Source: Eledone cirrhosa
Lineage: Eukaryota
Direction: 5' to 3'
Assembly: GCA_964016885.1 (NCBI GenBank)
Contig: OZ024746.1
Location: 99,882,001 to 99,946,000 of the forward strand
Length of the DNA: 64,000 nucleotides
Position numbers and translations under genes: made by a program. Of the stretch, positions 1 to 12,524 are shown piece after piece. Within the stretch, counting starts at the first letter, position 1; every line of letters begins with the position of its first letter. The notes below the pieces were generated by a model. The model was not told the DNA's origin. It did no database searches and was given only the letters and a program-made list of their open reading frames with translations.

Positions 1-3000
1 GTAGGTGGGGAACTGCCATTGAATGAGGTAGTCACTGTGTTGAGATACAGGTCCTCAACTGTAGGTGGGGAACTGCCATTGAATGAGGTAGTCACTGTGT
101 TGAGATACAGGTCCTCAACTGTAGGTGGGGAACTGCCATTGAATGAGGTAGTCACTGTGTTGAGATACAGGTCCTCAACTGTAGGTGGGGAACTGCCATT
201 GAATGAGGTAGTCACTGTGTTGAGATACAGGTCCTCAACTGTAGGTGGGGAACTGCCATTGAATGAGGTAGTCACTGTGTTGAGATACAGGTCCTCAACT
301 GTAGGTGGGGCACTGCCATTGAATGAGGTAGTCACTGTGTTGAGATACAGGTCCTCAACTGTAGGTGGGGCACTGCCATTGAATGAGGTAGTCACTGTGT
401 TGAGATACAGGTCCTCAACTGTAGGTGGGGCACTGCCATTGAATGAGGTAGTCACTGTGTTGAGATACAGGTCCTCAACTGTAGGTGGGGCACTGCCATT
501 GAATGAGGTAGTCACTGTGTTGAGATACAGGTCCTCAACTGTAGGTGGGGCACTGCCATTGAATGAGGTAGTCACTGTGTTGAGATACAGGTCCTCAACT
601 GTAGGTGGGGCACTGCCATTGAATGAGGTAGTCACTATATTGAGATACAGGTCCTCAACTGTAGGTGGGGCACTGCCATTGAATGAGGTAGTCACTGTGT
701 TGAGATACAAGTCCTCAACTGTAGGTGGGGCACTGCCATTGAATGATGTAGTCACTGTGTTGAGATACAGGTCCTCAACTGTAGGTGGGGAACTGCCATT
801 GAATGAGGTAGTCACTGTGTTGAGATACAGGTCCTCAACTGTAGGTGGGGCACTGATATTGAATGAGGTAGTCACTGTGTTGAGATACAGGTCCTCAACT
901 GTAGGTGGGGCACTGACTTTGAATGAGGTAGTCACTGTGTTGAGATACAGGTCCTCAACTGTAGGTGGGGAACTGCCTTTGAATGATGTAGTCACTGTGT
1001 TGAGATACAGGTCCTCAACTGTAGGTGGGGCACTGCTATTGAATGAGGTAGTCACTATATTGAGATACAGGTCCTCAACTGTAGGTGGGGCCCTGCCATT
1101 GAATGAGGTAGTCACTGTGTTGAGATATAGGTCCTCAATTGTAGGTGGGGCACTGACATTGAATGAGGTAGTCACTATATTGAGATACAGGTCCTCAACT
1201 GTAGGTGGGGCCCTGCCATTGAATGAGGTAGTCACTGTGTTGAGATACAGGTCCTCAACTGTAGGTGGGGCACTGCCATTGAATGAGGTAGTCACTATAT
1301 TGAGATACAGGTCCTCAATTGTAGGTGGGGCACTGACATTGAATGAGGTAGTCACTATATTGAGATACAGGTCCTCAACTGTAGGTGGGGCACTGCCATT
1401 GAATGAGGTAGTCACTATATTGACATACAGGTCCTCAACTGTAGGTGGGGCACTGCCATTGAATGAGGTAGTCCCTGTGTTGAGTTACAGGTCCTCAACT
1501 GTAGGTGGGGCACTGCCATTGAATGAGGTAGTCACTATATTGAGATACAGGTCCTCAACTGTAGGTGGGGCACTGCCATTGAATGAGGTAGTCACTATAT
1601 TGAGATACAGGTCCTCAACTGTAGGTGGGGCACTGCCATTGAATGAGGTAGTCACTGTGTTGAGATACAGGTCCTCAATTGTAGGTGGGGCACTGCCATT
1701 GAATGAGGTAGTCACTATATTGAGATACAGGTCCTCAATTGTAGGTGGGGCACTGCCATTGAATGAGGTAGTCACTATATTTAGATACAGGTCCTCAACT
1801 GTAGGTGGGGCAGTGCCATTGAATGAGGTAGTCACTGTGTTGAGTTACAGGTCCTCAACTGTAGGTGGGGCACTGCCATTGAATGAGGTAGTCACTGTGT
1901 TGAGATACAGGTCCTCAACTGTAGGTGGGGCACTGCCATTGAATGAGGTAGTCACTATATTGAGATACAGGTCCTCAACTGTAGGTGGGGAACTGCCATT
2001 GAATGAGGTAGTCACTATATTGAGATACAGGTCCTCAACTGTAGGTGGGGCACTGATATTGAATGAGGTAGTCACTATATTGAGATACAGGTCCTCAACT
2101 GTAGGTGGGGCACTGCCATTGAATGAGGTAGTGACTGTGTTGAGATACAGGTCCTCAACTGTAGGTGGGGCACTGACATTGAATGATGTAGTCACTGTAT
2201 TGAGATACAGGTCCTCAATTGTAGGTGGGGAACTGCCATTGAATGAGGTAGTCACTGTGTTGAGATATAGGTCCTCAATTGTAGGTGGGGCACTGCCATT
2301 GAATGAGGTAGTCACTGTGTTGAGATACAGGTCCTCAATTGTAGGTGGGGAACTGCCATTGAATGAGGTAGTCACTGTGTTGAGATACAGGTCCTCAATT
2401 GTAGGTGGGGAACTGCCATTGAATGAGGTAGTCACTGTGTTGAGATACAGGTCATCAATTGTAGGTGGGGCACTGCCATTGAATGAGGTAGTCACTGTGT
2501 TGAGATACAGGTCCTCAATTGTAGGTGGGGAACTGCCATTGAATGAGGTAGTCACTATATTGAGATACAGGTCCTCAACTGTAGGTGGGGCACTGCCATT
2601 GAATGAGGTAGTCACTGTGTTGAGATACAGGTCCTCAATTGTAGGTGGGGAACTGCCATTGAATGAGGTAGTCACTGTGTTGAGATACAGGTCCTCAACT
2701 GTAGGTGGGGCCCTGCCATTGAATGAGGTAGTCACTGTGTTGAGATACAGGTCATCAATTGTAGGTGGGGAACTGCCATTGAATGAGGTAGTCACTATAT
2801 TGAGATACAGGTCCTCAACTGTAGGTGGGGCACTGCCATTGAATGAGGTAGTCACTGTGTTGAGATACAGGTCCTCAACTGTAGGTGGGGCACTGATATT
2901 GAATGAGGTAGTCACTGTGTTGAGATACAGGTCCTCAACTGTAGGTGGGGCACTGACTTTGAATGAGGTAGTCACTGTGTTGAGATACAGGTCCTCAACT

Positions 3001-5022
3001 GTAGGTGGGGAACTGCCTTTGAATGATGTAGTCACTGTGTTGAGATACAGGTCCTCAACTGTAGGTGGGGCACTGCTATTGAATGAGGTAGTCACTATAT
3101 TGAGATACAGGTCCTCAACTGTAGGTGGGGCCCTGCCATTGAATGAGGTAGTCACTGTGTTGAGATATAGGTCCTCAATTGTAGGTGGGGCACTGACATT
3201 GAATGAGGTAGTCACTATATTGAGATACAGGTCCTCAACTGTAGGTGGGGCCCTGCCATTGAATGAGGTAGTCACTGTGTTGAGATACAGGTCCTCAACT
3301 GTAGGTGGGGCACTGCCATTGAATGAGGTAGTCACTATATTGAGATACAGGTCCTCAATTGTAGGTGGGGCACTGACATTGAATGAGGTAGTCACTATAT
3401 TGAGATACAGGTCCTCAACTGTAGGTGGGGCACTGCCATTGAATGAGGTAGTCACTATATTGACATACAGGTCCTCAACTGTAGGTGGGGCACTGCCATT
3501 GAATGAGGTAGTCCCTGTGTTGAGTTACAGGTCCTCAACTGTAGGTGGGGCACTGCCATTGAATGAGGTAGTCACTATATTGAGATACAGGTCCTCAACT
3601 GTAGGTGGGGCACTGCCATTGAATGAGGTAGTCACTATATTGAGATACAGGTCCTCAACTGTAGGTGGGGCACTGCCATTGAATGAGGTAGTCACTGTGT
3701 TGAGATACAGGTCCTCAATTGTAGGTGGGGCACTGCCATTGAATGAGGTAGTCACTATATTGAGATACAGGTCCTCAATTGTAGGTGGGGCACTGCCATT
3801 GAATGAGGTAGTCACTATATTTAGATACAGGTCCTCAACTGTAGGTGGGGCAGTGCCATTGAATGAGGTAGTCACTGTGTTGAGTTACAGGTCCTCAACT
3901 GTAGGTGGGGCACTGCCATTGAATGAGGTAGTCACTGTGTTGAGATACAGGTCCTCAACTGTAGGTGGGGCACTGCCATTGAATGAGGTAGTCACTATAT
4001 TGAGATACAGGTCCTCAACTGTAGGTGGGGAACTGCCATTGAATGAGGTAGTCACTATATTGAGATACAGGTCCTCAACTGTAGGTGGGGCACTGATATT
4101 GAATGAGGTAGTCACTATATTGAGATACAGGTCCTCAACTGTAGGTGGGGCACTGCCATTGAATGAGGTAGTGACTGTGTTGAGATACAGGTCCTCAACT
4201 GTAGGTGGGGCACTGACATTGAATGATGTAGTCACTGTATTGAGATACAGGTCCTCAATTGTAGGTGGGGAACTGCCATTGAATGAGGTAGTCACTGTGT
4301 TGAGATATAGGTCCTCAATTGTAGGTGGGGCACTGCCATTGAATGAGGTAGTCACTGTGTTGAGATACAGGTCCTCAATTGTAGGTGGGGAACTGCCATT
4401 GAATGAGGTAGTCACTGTGTTGAGATACAGGTCCTCAATTGTAGGTGGGGAACTGCCATTGAATGAGGTAGTCACTGTGTTGAGATACAGGTCATCAATT
4501 GTAGGTGGGGCACTGCCATTGAATGAGGTAGTCACTGTGTTGAGATACAGGTCCTCAATTGTAGGTGGGGAACTGCCATTGAATGAGGTAGTCACTATAT
4601 TGAGATACAGGTCCTCAACTGTAGGTGGGGCACTGCCATTGAATGAGGTAGTCACTGTGTTGAGATACAGGTCCTCAATTGTAGGTGGGGAACTGCCATT
4701 GAATGAGGTAGTCACTGTGTTGAGATACAGGTCCTCAACTGTAGGTGGGGCCCTGCCATTGAATGAGGTAGTCACTGTGTTGAGATACAGGTCATCAATT
4801 GTAGGTGGGGAACTGCCATTGAATGAGGTAGTCACTATATTGAGATACAGGTCCTCAACTGTAGGTGGGGCACTGCCATTGAATGAGGTAGTCACTGTGT
4901 TGAGATACAGGTCCTCAACTGTAGGTGGGGCACTGCCATTGAATGAGGTAGTCACTATATTGAGATACAGGTCCTCAACTGTAGGTGGGGCACTGCCATT
5001 GAATGAGGTAGTCACTGTGTTG
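1..5022. repeat. 60-bp tandem satellite, about 83 units, no indels, open at the window start
   Basis: Unit gtaggtgggg(c/a)actgccattgaatgaggtagtcact(g/a)t(g/a)ttgagatacaggtcctcaa(c/t)t stays in register on every 60-nt line. Confidence 0.99.
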
Positions 5023-5300
5023 AAAAGTAAGGATGGGAACCTATTATCTATATCTATATCTTGGTGTATATGTTTGATTGCCTCCCTTATTTCCTTCATA
5101 GCAGTAATACCAAATATGTGGACATCATGTGCTAATGAATCAACAAAAGAGCCTCTATTTAGTGACTCCATGTGCCCATAATAGCAGCCAAATATCTCTC
5201 AAATTAGATTTTACTGATACATAGGCTGATGTAGTATTAGATACCCAATTCCTGAATACAGGCTGGGATAGCCATAATAGGAACACTATTGGTATTAGAT
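5023..5300 (-). mobile_element. Heavily decayed CR1/L2-like reverse transcriptase relic adjoining the 60-bp satellite
   Basis: Fragments in RT order: ISLCISKI..ER, ESLNRGSFVDS, AHDVHIFG (cf. ADDVKIF), IHQDID (cf. LQ.DLD). Confidence 0.5.
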
Positions 5301-5861
5301 CTATTGAATCAGGTAAGAAGAAAAAGAAGAAGAAGCTATCTATCATCTAAATTTTAATTGCCTTCAAATCTATCTTGTTATTAATCATAAATCTTTGACA
5401 GTAGCTAGCGTAAAAAGTAAAGGGAGGTTATATACTTCACAAATGTAAGTATTAAAATACCCGGAGTTGTCTCCCGTGCTTGCAGTAAACATATATGTAT
5501 AAACATTCGATAAATATTAATTTATCACCGAATATTCCGTAATCACTGTTTCTGCTTTGTCCTCTTTTTTCTGGCACGCCTCCCAAATAAAATTTTACAT
5601 ATAGAGAAAATGGAGGTAAATTAATAAAAAGGAACGAGTAATATAAAGTCAAACACGCAGTATTAGTTTTAGTTGAGTACGATAAGTGTTGAATATATGT
5701 CTTTCACTTTTTGCTATTCAATTATCTTTTCATCTACCTAATCAATAGAAATGAGCCGAACTCCCACTGTCATCGCCTCCATCTCTCTCGCCCTCCCCAT
5801 CTCTCTGTATAGTGAGCAAATGGGTCCCACGTTCTGGTCTCCCCACAATCCCGGCAGACGG

Positions 5862-6040
5862 AATGGAGAAGGCGTTTCCTCGGAGGACGGCAAGGGATAT
5901 GTGCTGGAAGAGCCATTCCATCTCGCGAGGCTCACACCTGCAGCTGGCCAGCTCAGCGCTTGTGGTGGTGAGTAGGGAGGTAGCCCTAGGGCCAAGGACA
6001 CCAGAAGTCTCCACTGCCAAGGGCACGGCCGCGAACCTGT
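5862..6040 (-). mobile_element. C-terminus of a CRE-like non-LTR retrotransposon (restriction-like endonuclease tail)
   Basis: VPLAVETSGVLGPRA...EPREMEWLFQHISLAVLRGNAFSI resembles the P.AVET.G..G...LFQR.S.A.QRGNA motif. Confidence 0.7.
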
Positions 6041-6081
6041 AGGAGTATTAGTTTTTCATAATACACTTTACAGTTTCTTGT

Positions 6082-6337
6082 GAAGGCGCGTGGCTTTGTG
6101 GTTAGGGTGTTTGGCTCACAATCGTAAGGTCTTGAGTTCGATTCCCGGCGGCACGCTGTTTCCTTGAGCAAGACGATTTATTTTACAAAGAACTAACCTT
6201 GTCGTCACATTCTATGTCACGCTGAATCCCCTTGAGAACTACGTTAAGTGTCTGTGAAATTCTCAACTACTGGCACGTTAATCTCACGAGTAGGCTGTTC
6301 CGTTGATCGTATCAATAGGAATACTCGTCGTAACCGG
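6082..6337 (+). mobile_element. tRNA-derived SINE with CORE-like domain
   Basis: A box tggctttgtgg, B box gttcgattccc, then tccttgagcaagac. Related copy on the minus strand at about 29020-29345. Confidence 0.75.
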
Positions 6338-6417
6338 AGGCAAAGTTTAACATGTAAGAATGTATAACTATGTAGTATTCTACATAGTTATACATTCTTA
6401 CATGTTAAACTTTGCCT
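6338..6417. repeat. Perfect inverted repeat, 38-bp arms with a 4-nt loop
   Basis: 6338-6375 is the exact reverse complement of 6380-6417. Confidence 0.97.
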
Positions 6418-6505
6418 TTCATCCTTACAGGGTCGATAAAATAAAGTACCAGTAATGTACTGGGTAACTGGTGGCCTTGAGCCAAAAGTAGAAACAATTA
6501 TTTAT

Positions 6506-6720
6506 TGGCAGTATCGGTGGAGGGTCGGACGCCATGCGTTGTAGCCTAGAGTTACGCCCCTTTATGATCTGAGTTCAAATCCCACCGAGGTGAACTTTGC
6601 CTTTCATCCTTACAGGGTCAATAAAATAAAGTATCAGTCATGCACTGGGGTTGATTTAATCGACTTTCCCCATCCCGAAAATTGCTGGCCTCGTGCCTAT
6701 ATAAGAAACCATTATTTATT
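6506..6720 (+). mobile_element. tRNA-derived SINE with Nin/Deu-like central domain (representative copy of about 15)
   Basis: tggcagtatcgg..gagttcaaatccc..gcctttcatccttac.gggtc.ataaaataaagta. Approximate other copies: + 6405, 19803, 19935, 20503, 32692, 33675, 45115; - 7480, 8310, 9935, 14030, 17160, 43245, 44095. Confidence 0.85.
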
Positions 6721-6892
6721 TATTCAATTTAAACGTCTGTATAGACCTAGTAAGCCATCACAGACTAGGGGAAGTATCTAGTACTCCTTACAGTAGGTAA
6801 TCAAGAAGAGCTAGTGAGACAAGTCAAAGAAAAAAAAAATTAAAAGGGGGAGGAGGGCAAAAAAATAAAAATAAAAATTTCAAAATATGGGT

Positions 6893-7165
6893 GATGTGTT
6901 GTTTCCTTGAGCAAGACACTTTATTTCACATTGCTCCAGTTTACTCAGCTGTAGAAATGAGATGATAGGGACTGGGGTCCCTATCATTCCACTGCAAAGT
7001 GGTCATGGAGGTACCACGGCAAAAAGCACCCAGCACTCACTGTAAATGAGGTTGGTGTTAGGAAGGGCATCCAGCTGTAGAAATCAAGCCAAATCAGTTC
7101 CCGTCCCACCCTTGCAAGCAGGGAAAAGTGGACGTAAAATGATGATGTTGATGATGATGATGATG
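6893..7165 (+). mobile_element. 5'-truncated CORE-like SINE with RTE-type 3' tail and (GAT)n
   Basis: Near-identical to 23064-23335. Shares ggtgttaggaagggcatccagc with the RTE 3' UTRs. Confidence 0.8.
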
Positions 7166-7320
7166 GCCAGTGTGAGGCAGATTATGGATAAGAAGAAAAA
7201 GAAAACAAAAAGGAAAATAGGAAAGAATGGAAGCTGTAAAACAGAAGTTTCTCTTGTTGAATCTCTTCCTAGCTTCCATGTACGCAAAGATTTTATTTAT
7301 ATTTGGTAGACCTGTTTGTT

Positions 7321-7948
7321 TTAACCCTTTAGTATTTAAACCAGCCATATCCAGCCAGAATGCTCTCACCTCTCTCTGTTCAAACCGGCTGTAATCGGCC
7401 GTTCATACTGATATTAAGGTATTGTTCTCAAAATAATTAATATCAAAATCTCATAGATTCGATATTATGTGAGATAATAATTGTTTCTATTTTTGGCATA
7501 AGGCCAGCAATTATCCCTGTGTATTACTGGTACTTTGTTTTATCGACCCCCGAAAGGATGAAAGGCAAAGTTAACCTCGGCAGGATTTGAACTCAGATTG
7601 TAAAGGGATAATGATAATAATAAATTTATTGTGTACAGTGCGCAGGTGCACTACAACTCATCAAAGGTGCATGTATAATACATAGAATAATATACAAATG
7701 TCAGGAAAATGAACAGTGTACAAGTCATGAAATACATGTGTGCGTGTGGGGGGGAGGGGCATCAGGTGTAGTATTGGCGAATCTCAGGAAGCATGGATTT
7801 TTAAAGGATGCAGTGTCTCGACATCTAACAACTGATGCAGGTAGTTTGTAACTCTATACTACAAAACATGGCGTCCGACCCTCTACTGATACTGCCAATC
7901 CCGTTACCACAAAAATATGATAGTATAATGTAAATGCTAAAGGGTTAA
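7321..7948 (-). mobile_element. TTAA-flanked (piggyBac-like) MITE with a nested SINE and a CR1-like 3' end (about 7615-7845)
   Basis: Ends ttaa-ccctttagtattta and taaatgctaaaggg-ttaa. Body matches 14712-14929 in reverse. Confidence 0.75.
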
Positions 7949-7969
7949 TATGAAAATATATGTTATTAC

Positions 7970-8135
7970 CTGAGTTCTCAGGCAAAACATCCTGAGTAAA
8001 CAACAGTTTGAATAAGCCTGGTATTATTCCTATACTGTTCAGCATAACAATTTGGACAAAAATATCCAGCAATGGAAATATATGAAAAAGGAAAACGGTA
8101 AGTCCAACAGAATGTAATGTTTCTGGGAATAGTAT
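7970..8135 (-). CDS. CHS: Exon H (166 nt), TM segments: ILFPETLHSVGLTVFLFHIFPLLDIFVQIVMLNSIGIIPGLFKLLFTQDVLPENS(G)
   Basis: Acceptor tttctttattacag, donor CAG/gtaata. ETLH..G....F...P.LD.....M.N.....PG is typical of metazoan chitin synthases. Confidence 0.9.
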
Positions 8136-8211
8136 CTGTAATAAAGAAATGAATAATGATAGATAAAACTTTATTTCAACAATTGTTCATGTTAAAAAAC
8201 ATAACTTAGAG

Positions 8212-8734
8212 CAGAGCTTCTCAAATTGGACTCTACTACCCCCTGGGGGAGGGCACTGAGAAGGTCCAGGGGGCAGTAAAGATGATATAAAGCGATAAAG
8301 ATCCCATAATTCCTTGTGGAGTCATAGAGGCACCGTTTAATGGTGTGTCTAGGCCACATTTAAACCTGGCAGAGCCCAACCCTCTCCAGGTCTGAACACA
8401 GCTGATTTTTTCTATATAGGAAGAATCAACCCCAGTACATGACTGGTACTTTTTTTATCAACCTTGAAAGGATGAGCGGCAAAAACTCAGAGTGTCCAAT
8501 GAGGTGGGAGAAATAGTGTGAAGTATTCTCTATATTAAATATCAAATGATACATACTATATATAAATATATTAAAATAGCAAATATATATTTATTATATA
8601 TAAATTAACGATTTTATTTATTATATTTTATTTACAATTTTCGTGTAGACAGGTCTCTCTAGAAATAGGTTTGTGGGGTGCTGAGGGTATTATGTGGCCA
8701 TGGGGTGGGGACTGAAAAAGTTTGAGAACCTCTG
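8212..8734. mobile_element. hAT (Charlie-like) MITE with an internal SINE fragment
   Basis: TIRs cagagcttctcaaa / tttgagaacctctg. Exact 8-bp TSD acttagag on both sides. Confidence 0.85.
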
Positions 8735-8929
8735 ACTTAGAGCAATATTTTTCAAGAGCAATAATTATTTCAAGAACAAAACTTCATTTGCAACAGTTTT
8801 ATCATTCTCAACATGGAAATAAACCTATTTAGAAAATTCCTACATTAAAGCGGAATACAAATTAATAGTTTGTGAATGTATATGAGTGTTTGTGTGAATG
8901 TATGTTTGAGTGTGTATTTTTGTCATCAT

Positions 8930-9612
8930 CATCATCATCATCATCATCCAGCAGCCTCAGCTGAAATGGACTCCACAACTGATCTCCACCTGGGTCTGTT
9001 GTTCATTGCCGTTGCCAAGTCCTGGATTTCAATACCAGAATCTCTGGAGATGACATAGGAGAGCTTGTGTCCCCTGTTATTAGTGACTGCTTGAGGTTTC
9101 CAAAGCACTAATGGGGACACAGCCTCGTAGGTGGTACGATGGCAGTGACAGCAAATCTTACTCTGCTCTTACAACGACAGATATGTGTGGGAGGCTGGCA
9201 TATATTTCTTTCAAAGTCAGATGTCGCCAGCTTATGTTCTGAATGCATTGAAGCAGGCAAGTGTAAGTACCATCAAGGTAGTAGTAGTAGTGTAAGTGCC
9301 ATCAAGGTAGTAGTAGTAGTGTAAGTACCATCAAGGTAGTAGTAGTAGTGTAAGTGCCATCAAGGTAGTAGTAGTAGTGTAAGTGCCATCAAGGTGCTTT
9401 TGTTGTTTGGATGAAAGAGTCCAAGTTTCACTTCCATATAGCAAGATTGGTTGAATTGTTACTTGGAAGAGTCTGATCTTGGTGTGGTGGGAAAAATTTG
9501 AGCGCCAAACTTGATCCATCTTGTTGCAAGCTGACCATACTTGGGCCTTTCTGGTGGAGAAATCCTTCTTAGAGTCCATGATCCAGGACCCAAGATACTT
9601 GAAACCCTAGAC
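8930..9612 (-). mobile_element. RTE-like LINE 3' fragment containing a 29-bp tandem array (9261-9395)
   Basis: KIRLFQVTIQPILLYGSETWTL..LDGTYT; (GAT)n tail. Confidence 0.75.
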
Positions 9613-10207
9613 TTGTATGTCTGTGTTTGTATGTTTATATTTGTATACTCATACATATAAATGTATGCACATACATACACACACACATAAGCATCAGCGT
9701 GTTGAAAACAATCCCAGCGATATAATATGTATGAAGATCAAGATGGTAATTTTGAAGAAACAATATTCTAATAGCTAAAAGTTTTAAATTGCAAATAGCT
9801 TTCACACATAAAGAGAGTGAATTGTAGTTTTATGTCTCATCTAAAATGAATTTGATTGGCACCAAAAAGGAGTGGGTTAAAATAGAATTATAGAATAATA
9901 TTTAAGCTATATAAATATAAATATGTATAATCCTGCAACTCCTGAAGGAGTATTAGGGTGCCATATTGACACTAGGGCACTTTAAAACCTGTTTCAGCCC
10001 ATCGCTCTCCAGGTCTAAACACAGCAGGTTTCTTTCATAGAAGAATAGATAGCGAGCAAGAGGAAGTGAGGAAGAGATATAGAGGTATAATTGATCCCAG
10101 TACTTGACTGGTACTCTTTTTATCAACCCCAAAAGGCTGAAAAGCAAAGTTGATCTCGGTGGGATTTGACCTCAGAGAGAAGAGAGCCGGAACGAATACC
10201 ATAAAGT

Positions 10208-10790
10208 ATTCTATCTGACGTTCTAACAACTCTACCATTCTATCTGACGTTCTAACCACTCTACCATTCTATCTGACGTTCTAACAACTCTACCATTCTA
10301 TCTGACGTTCTAACAACTCTACCATTCTATCTGACGTTCTAACAACTCTACCATTCTATCTGACGTTCTAACCACTCTACCATTCTATCTGACGTTCTAA
10401 CCACTCTACCATTCTATCTGACGTTCTAACCACTCTACCATTCTATCTGACGTTCTAACAACTCTACCATTCTATCTGACGTTCTAACAACTCTACCATT
10501 CTATCTGACATTCTAACAACTCTACCATTCTATCTGACATTCTAACAACTTTGCCATTCTATCTGACGTTCTAACCACTCTACCATTCTATCTGACGTTC
10601 TAACAACTCTCCCATTCTATCTGACGTTCTAACAACTCTACCATTCTATCTGACATTCTAACAACTTTGCCATTCTATCTGACGTTCTAACCACTCTACC
10701 ATTCTATCTGACGTTCTAACCACTCTACCATTCTATCTGACGTTCTAACCACTCTACCATTCTATCTGACATTCTAACAACTTTGCCAAT
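10208..10790. repeat. 29-bp minisatellite, about 20 units, inside a SINE head
   Basis: Unit attctatctgacgttctaac(a/c)actctacc; the single-copy equivalent lies in the SINE at about 43525-43553. Confidence 0.95.
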
Positions 10791-10948
10791 TTGCTGTTAA
10801 GAAACTCTCAGGAGAGCTGGACAAGAAAAGGTTTCCAGAGAAGAAACCCCACTAAAGCAAGAGTTTCAGCCCTTAATTTCTAACAACTCTGCTAATTTAC
10901 TGCCTACAGTGAAATTAACATCATTCAAAATTAAATATGCATACATAC

Positions 10949-11092
10949 CAGAGCCAGAACTGCAGTATTACATCTTTTATCAGAATTGAAAAGAAATTTG
11001 TGAGTGGAAATAATGAAACCAATTCCATATGGAATGCAAATCGCAATTGAAAGCAGTGAGAATGAAGTGTTCTGTTCATGATTTACCTTTCT
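10949..11092 (-). CDS. CHS: Exon G (144 nt), TM segment: RKVNHEQNTSFSLLSIAICIPYGIGFIISTHKFLFNSDKRCNTAVLAL
   Basis: Acceptor cgtttcag, donor CTG/gtatgt, phase 0-0. Pattern A.C.P...F..S....F as in chitin synthase domain A. Confidence 0.85.
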
Positions 11093-11100
11093 CTGAAACG

Positions 11101-11665
11101 ATATATAATATATATTAAAAGGATATATAATATCTATTAAAAGGATATATAATATCTATTAAAAGGATATATAATATATATTAAAAGGATATATAATATT
11201 TATTAAAAGGATATATAATATATATTAAAAGGATATATAATATTTATTAAAAGGATATATAATATCTATTAAAATATAATATTTATTAAAAGGATATATA
11301 ATATCTATTAAAATAATATATAATATCTATTAAAAGAATATATAATATCTATTAAAAGAATATATAATATCTATTAAAAGAATATATAATATCTATTAAA
11401 AGAATATATAATATCTATTAAAAGGATATATAATATCTATTAAAAGAATATATAATATCTATTAAAAGGATATATAATATCTATTAAAAGGATATATAAT
11501 ATCTATTAAAAGGATATATAATATCTATTAAAAGAATATATAATATCTATTAAAAGAATATATAATACCTATTAAAAGAATATATAATATCTATTAAAAG
11601 GATATATAATATCTATTAAAAGGATATATAATATCTATTAAAAGGATATATAATGTACATTAAAA
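11101..11665. repeat. 22-bp AT-rich minisatellite abutting the exon G acceptor
   Basis: Unit atatataatatctattaaaag(g/a), about 25 copies. Confidence 0.95.
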
Positions 11666-11719
11666 TGATATACTGAATACTCTGATGGCTGGATAATCTT
11701 TAAGATTTTCCTCGATGAA

Positions 11720-12458
11720 GCAGGAAAAATGCAGGTTTTCACCCAATGCGGGCCCTAGGGGATCAAGAAAATGAATTTTTTTTATGTGCAATATGCCTTG
11801 AAATTTCGGGAAAATTGGCTAGACGTAACGCCTCCAAAAAGCCCTAAGAAGCTGAAAAAATGAAGTTTTATCACTTAATGCGGGCCCTAGGCCATAAAAA
11901 TTTGCTCGCGGTATGAAGAAGAGACTGACTAATACATAGTTACAATTTCAAGGAAATCGGTTTGACGTAACGCCTCAAAAAAAACCCTAAAAAGCTTAAA
12001 AAACGCAGTTTTTCACCTAATGCGGGCTCTAGGAGATCAAAAAGTTGAATTTTTATGTGCATAACATTCCCTGAAACATAAGTAATACACATGTAAAGTT
12101 TGAAAAAAATCGGTTGGGTACTTCTCGAGTTTTAGGGATTCAAACTCACAGACACACACACAGACAGACATCCTCAGGGAAGTGACGTAATGCAGACAGA
12201 TATTATAAGGGCACGACATTATATGTATGTATCTATCTAAAAAGAGAAAGACTAAGAATTATAGAGAGAGATCGCTAAGTCGCTTAATGTGGTCCCTAGG
12301 GCATCGAAAATTTGAAATTTCTTTTCCTCATAACACGCACGGGACCATAAGTATTAAATGTGTAAAGTTTGAAAACAATCGGTTGGGTGGTTCTCGAGTT
12401 TTAGGGATTTAAACTCACACACACACAGACAGACATCCTCAGTTTTATATATATAGAT
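11720..12458 (-). mobile_element. Non-autonomous Helitron-like element(s) with internal subrepeats
   Basis: Minus-strand start TCTATATATATAAAACTGAGGATGTCTGTCTGTGTG. Repeated aatgcgggccctagg blocks and a duplicated 5' part. Confidence 0.45.
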
Positions 12459-12524
12459 ATTGAAATTATATATAACATCCGATGGATGTGTAATAGTAAT
12501 ATATGCGAATGGCAAAGCAAAACA

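Noticed and set aside
1485-5171. Minus-strand mucin-like (TTSFNGSAPPTVEDLYLN) ORFs as a chitin synthase exon
   Set aside because: In-frame TAA stops occur in several units, the flank looks like a decayed RT, and TM sequence is expected next.
19-5181. 1720-aa repeat ORF as a real protein gene
   Set aside because: A stop-free 60-bp unit automatically gives a long ORF. Variants are mostly non-synonymous, and it lies antisense in a presumed intron.
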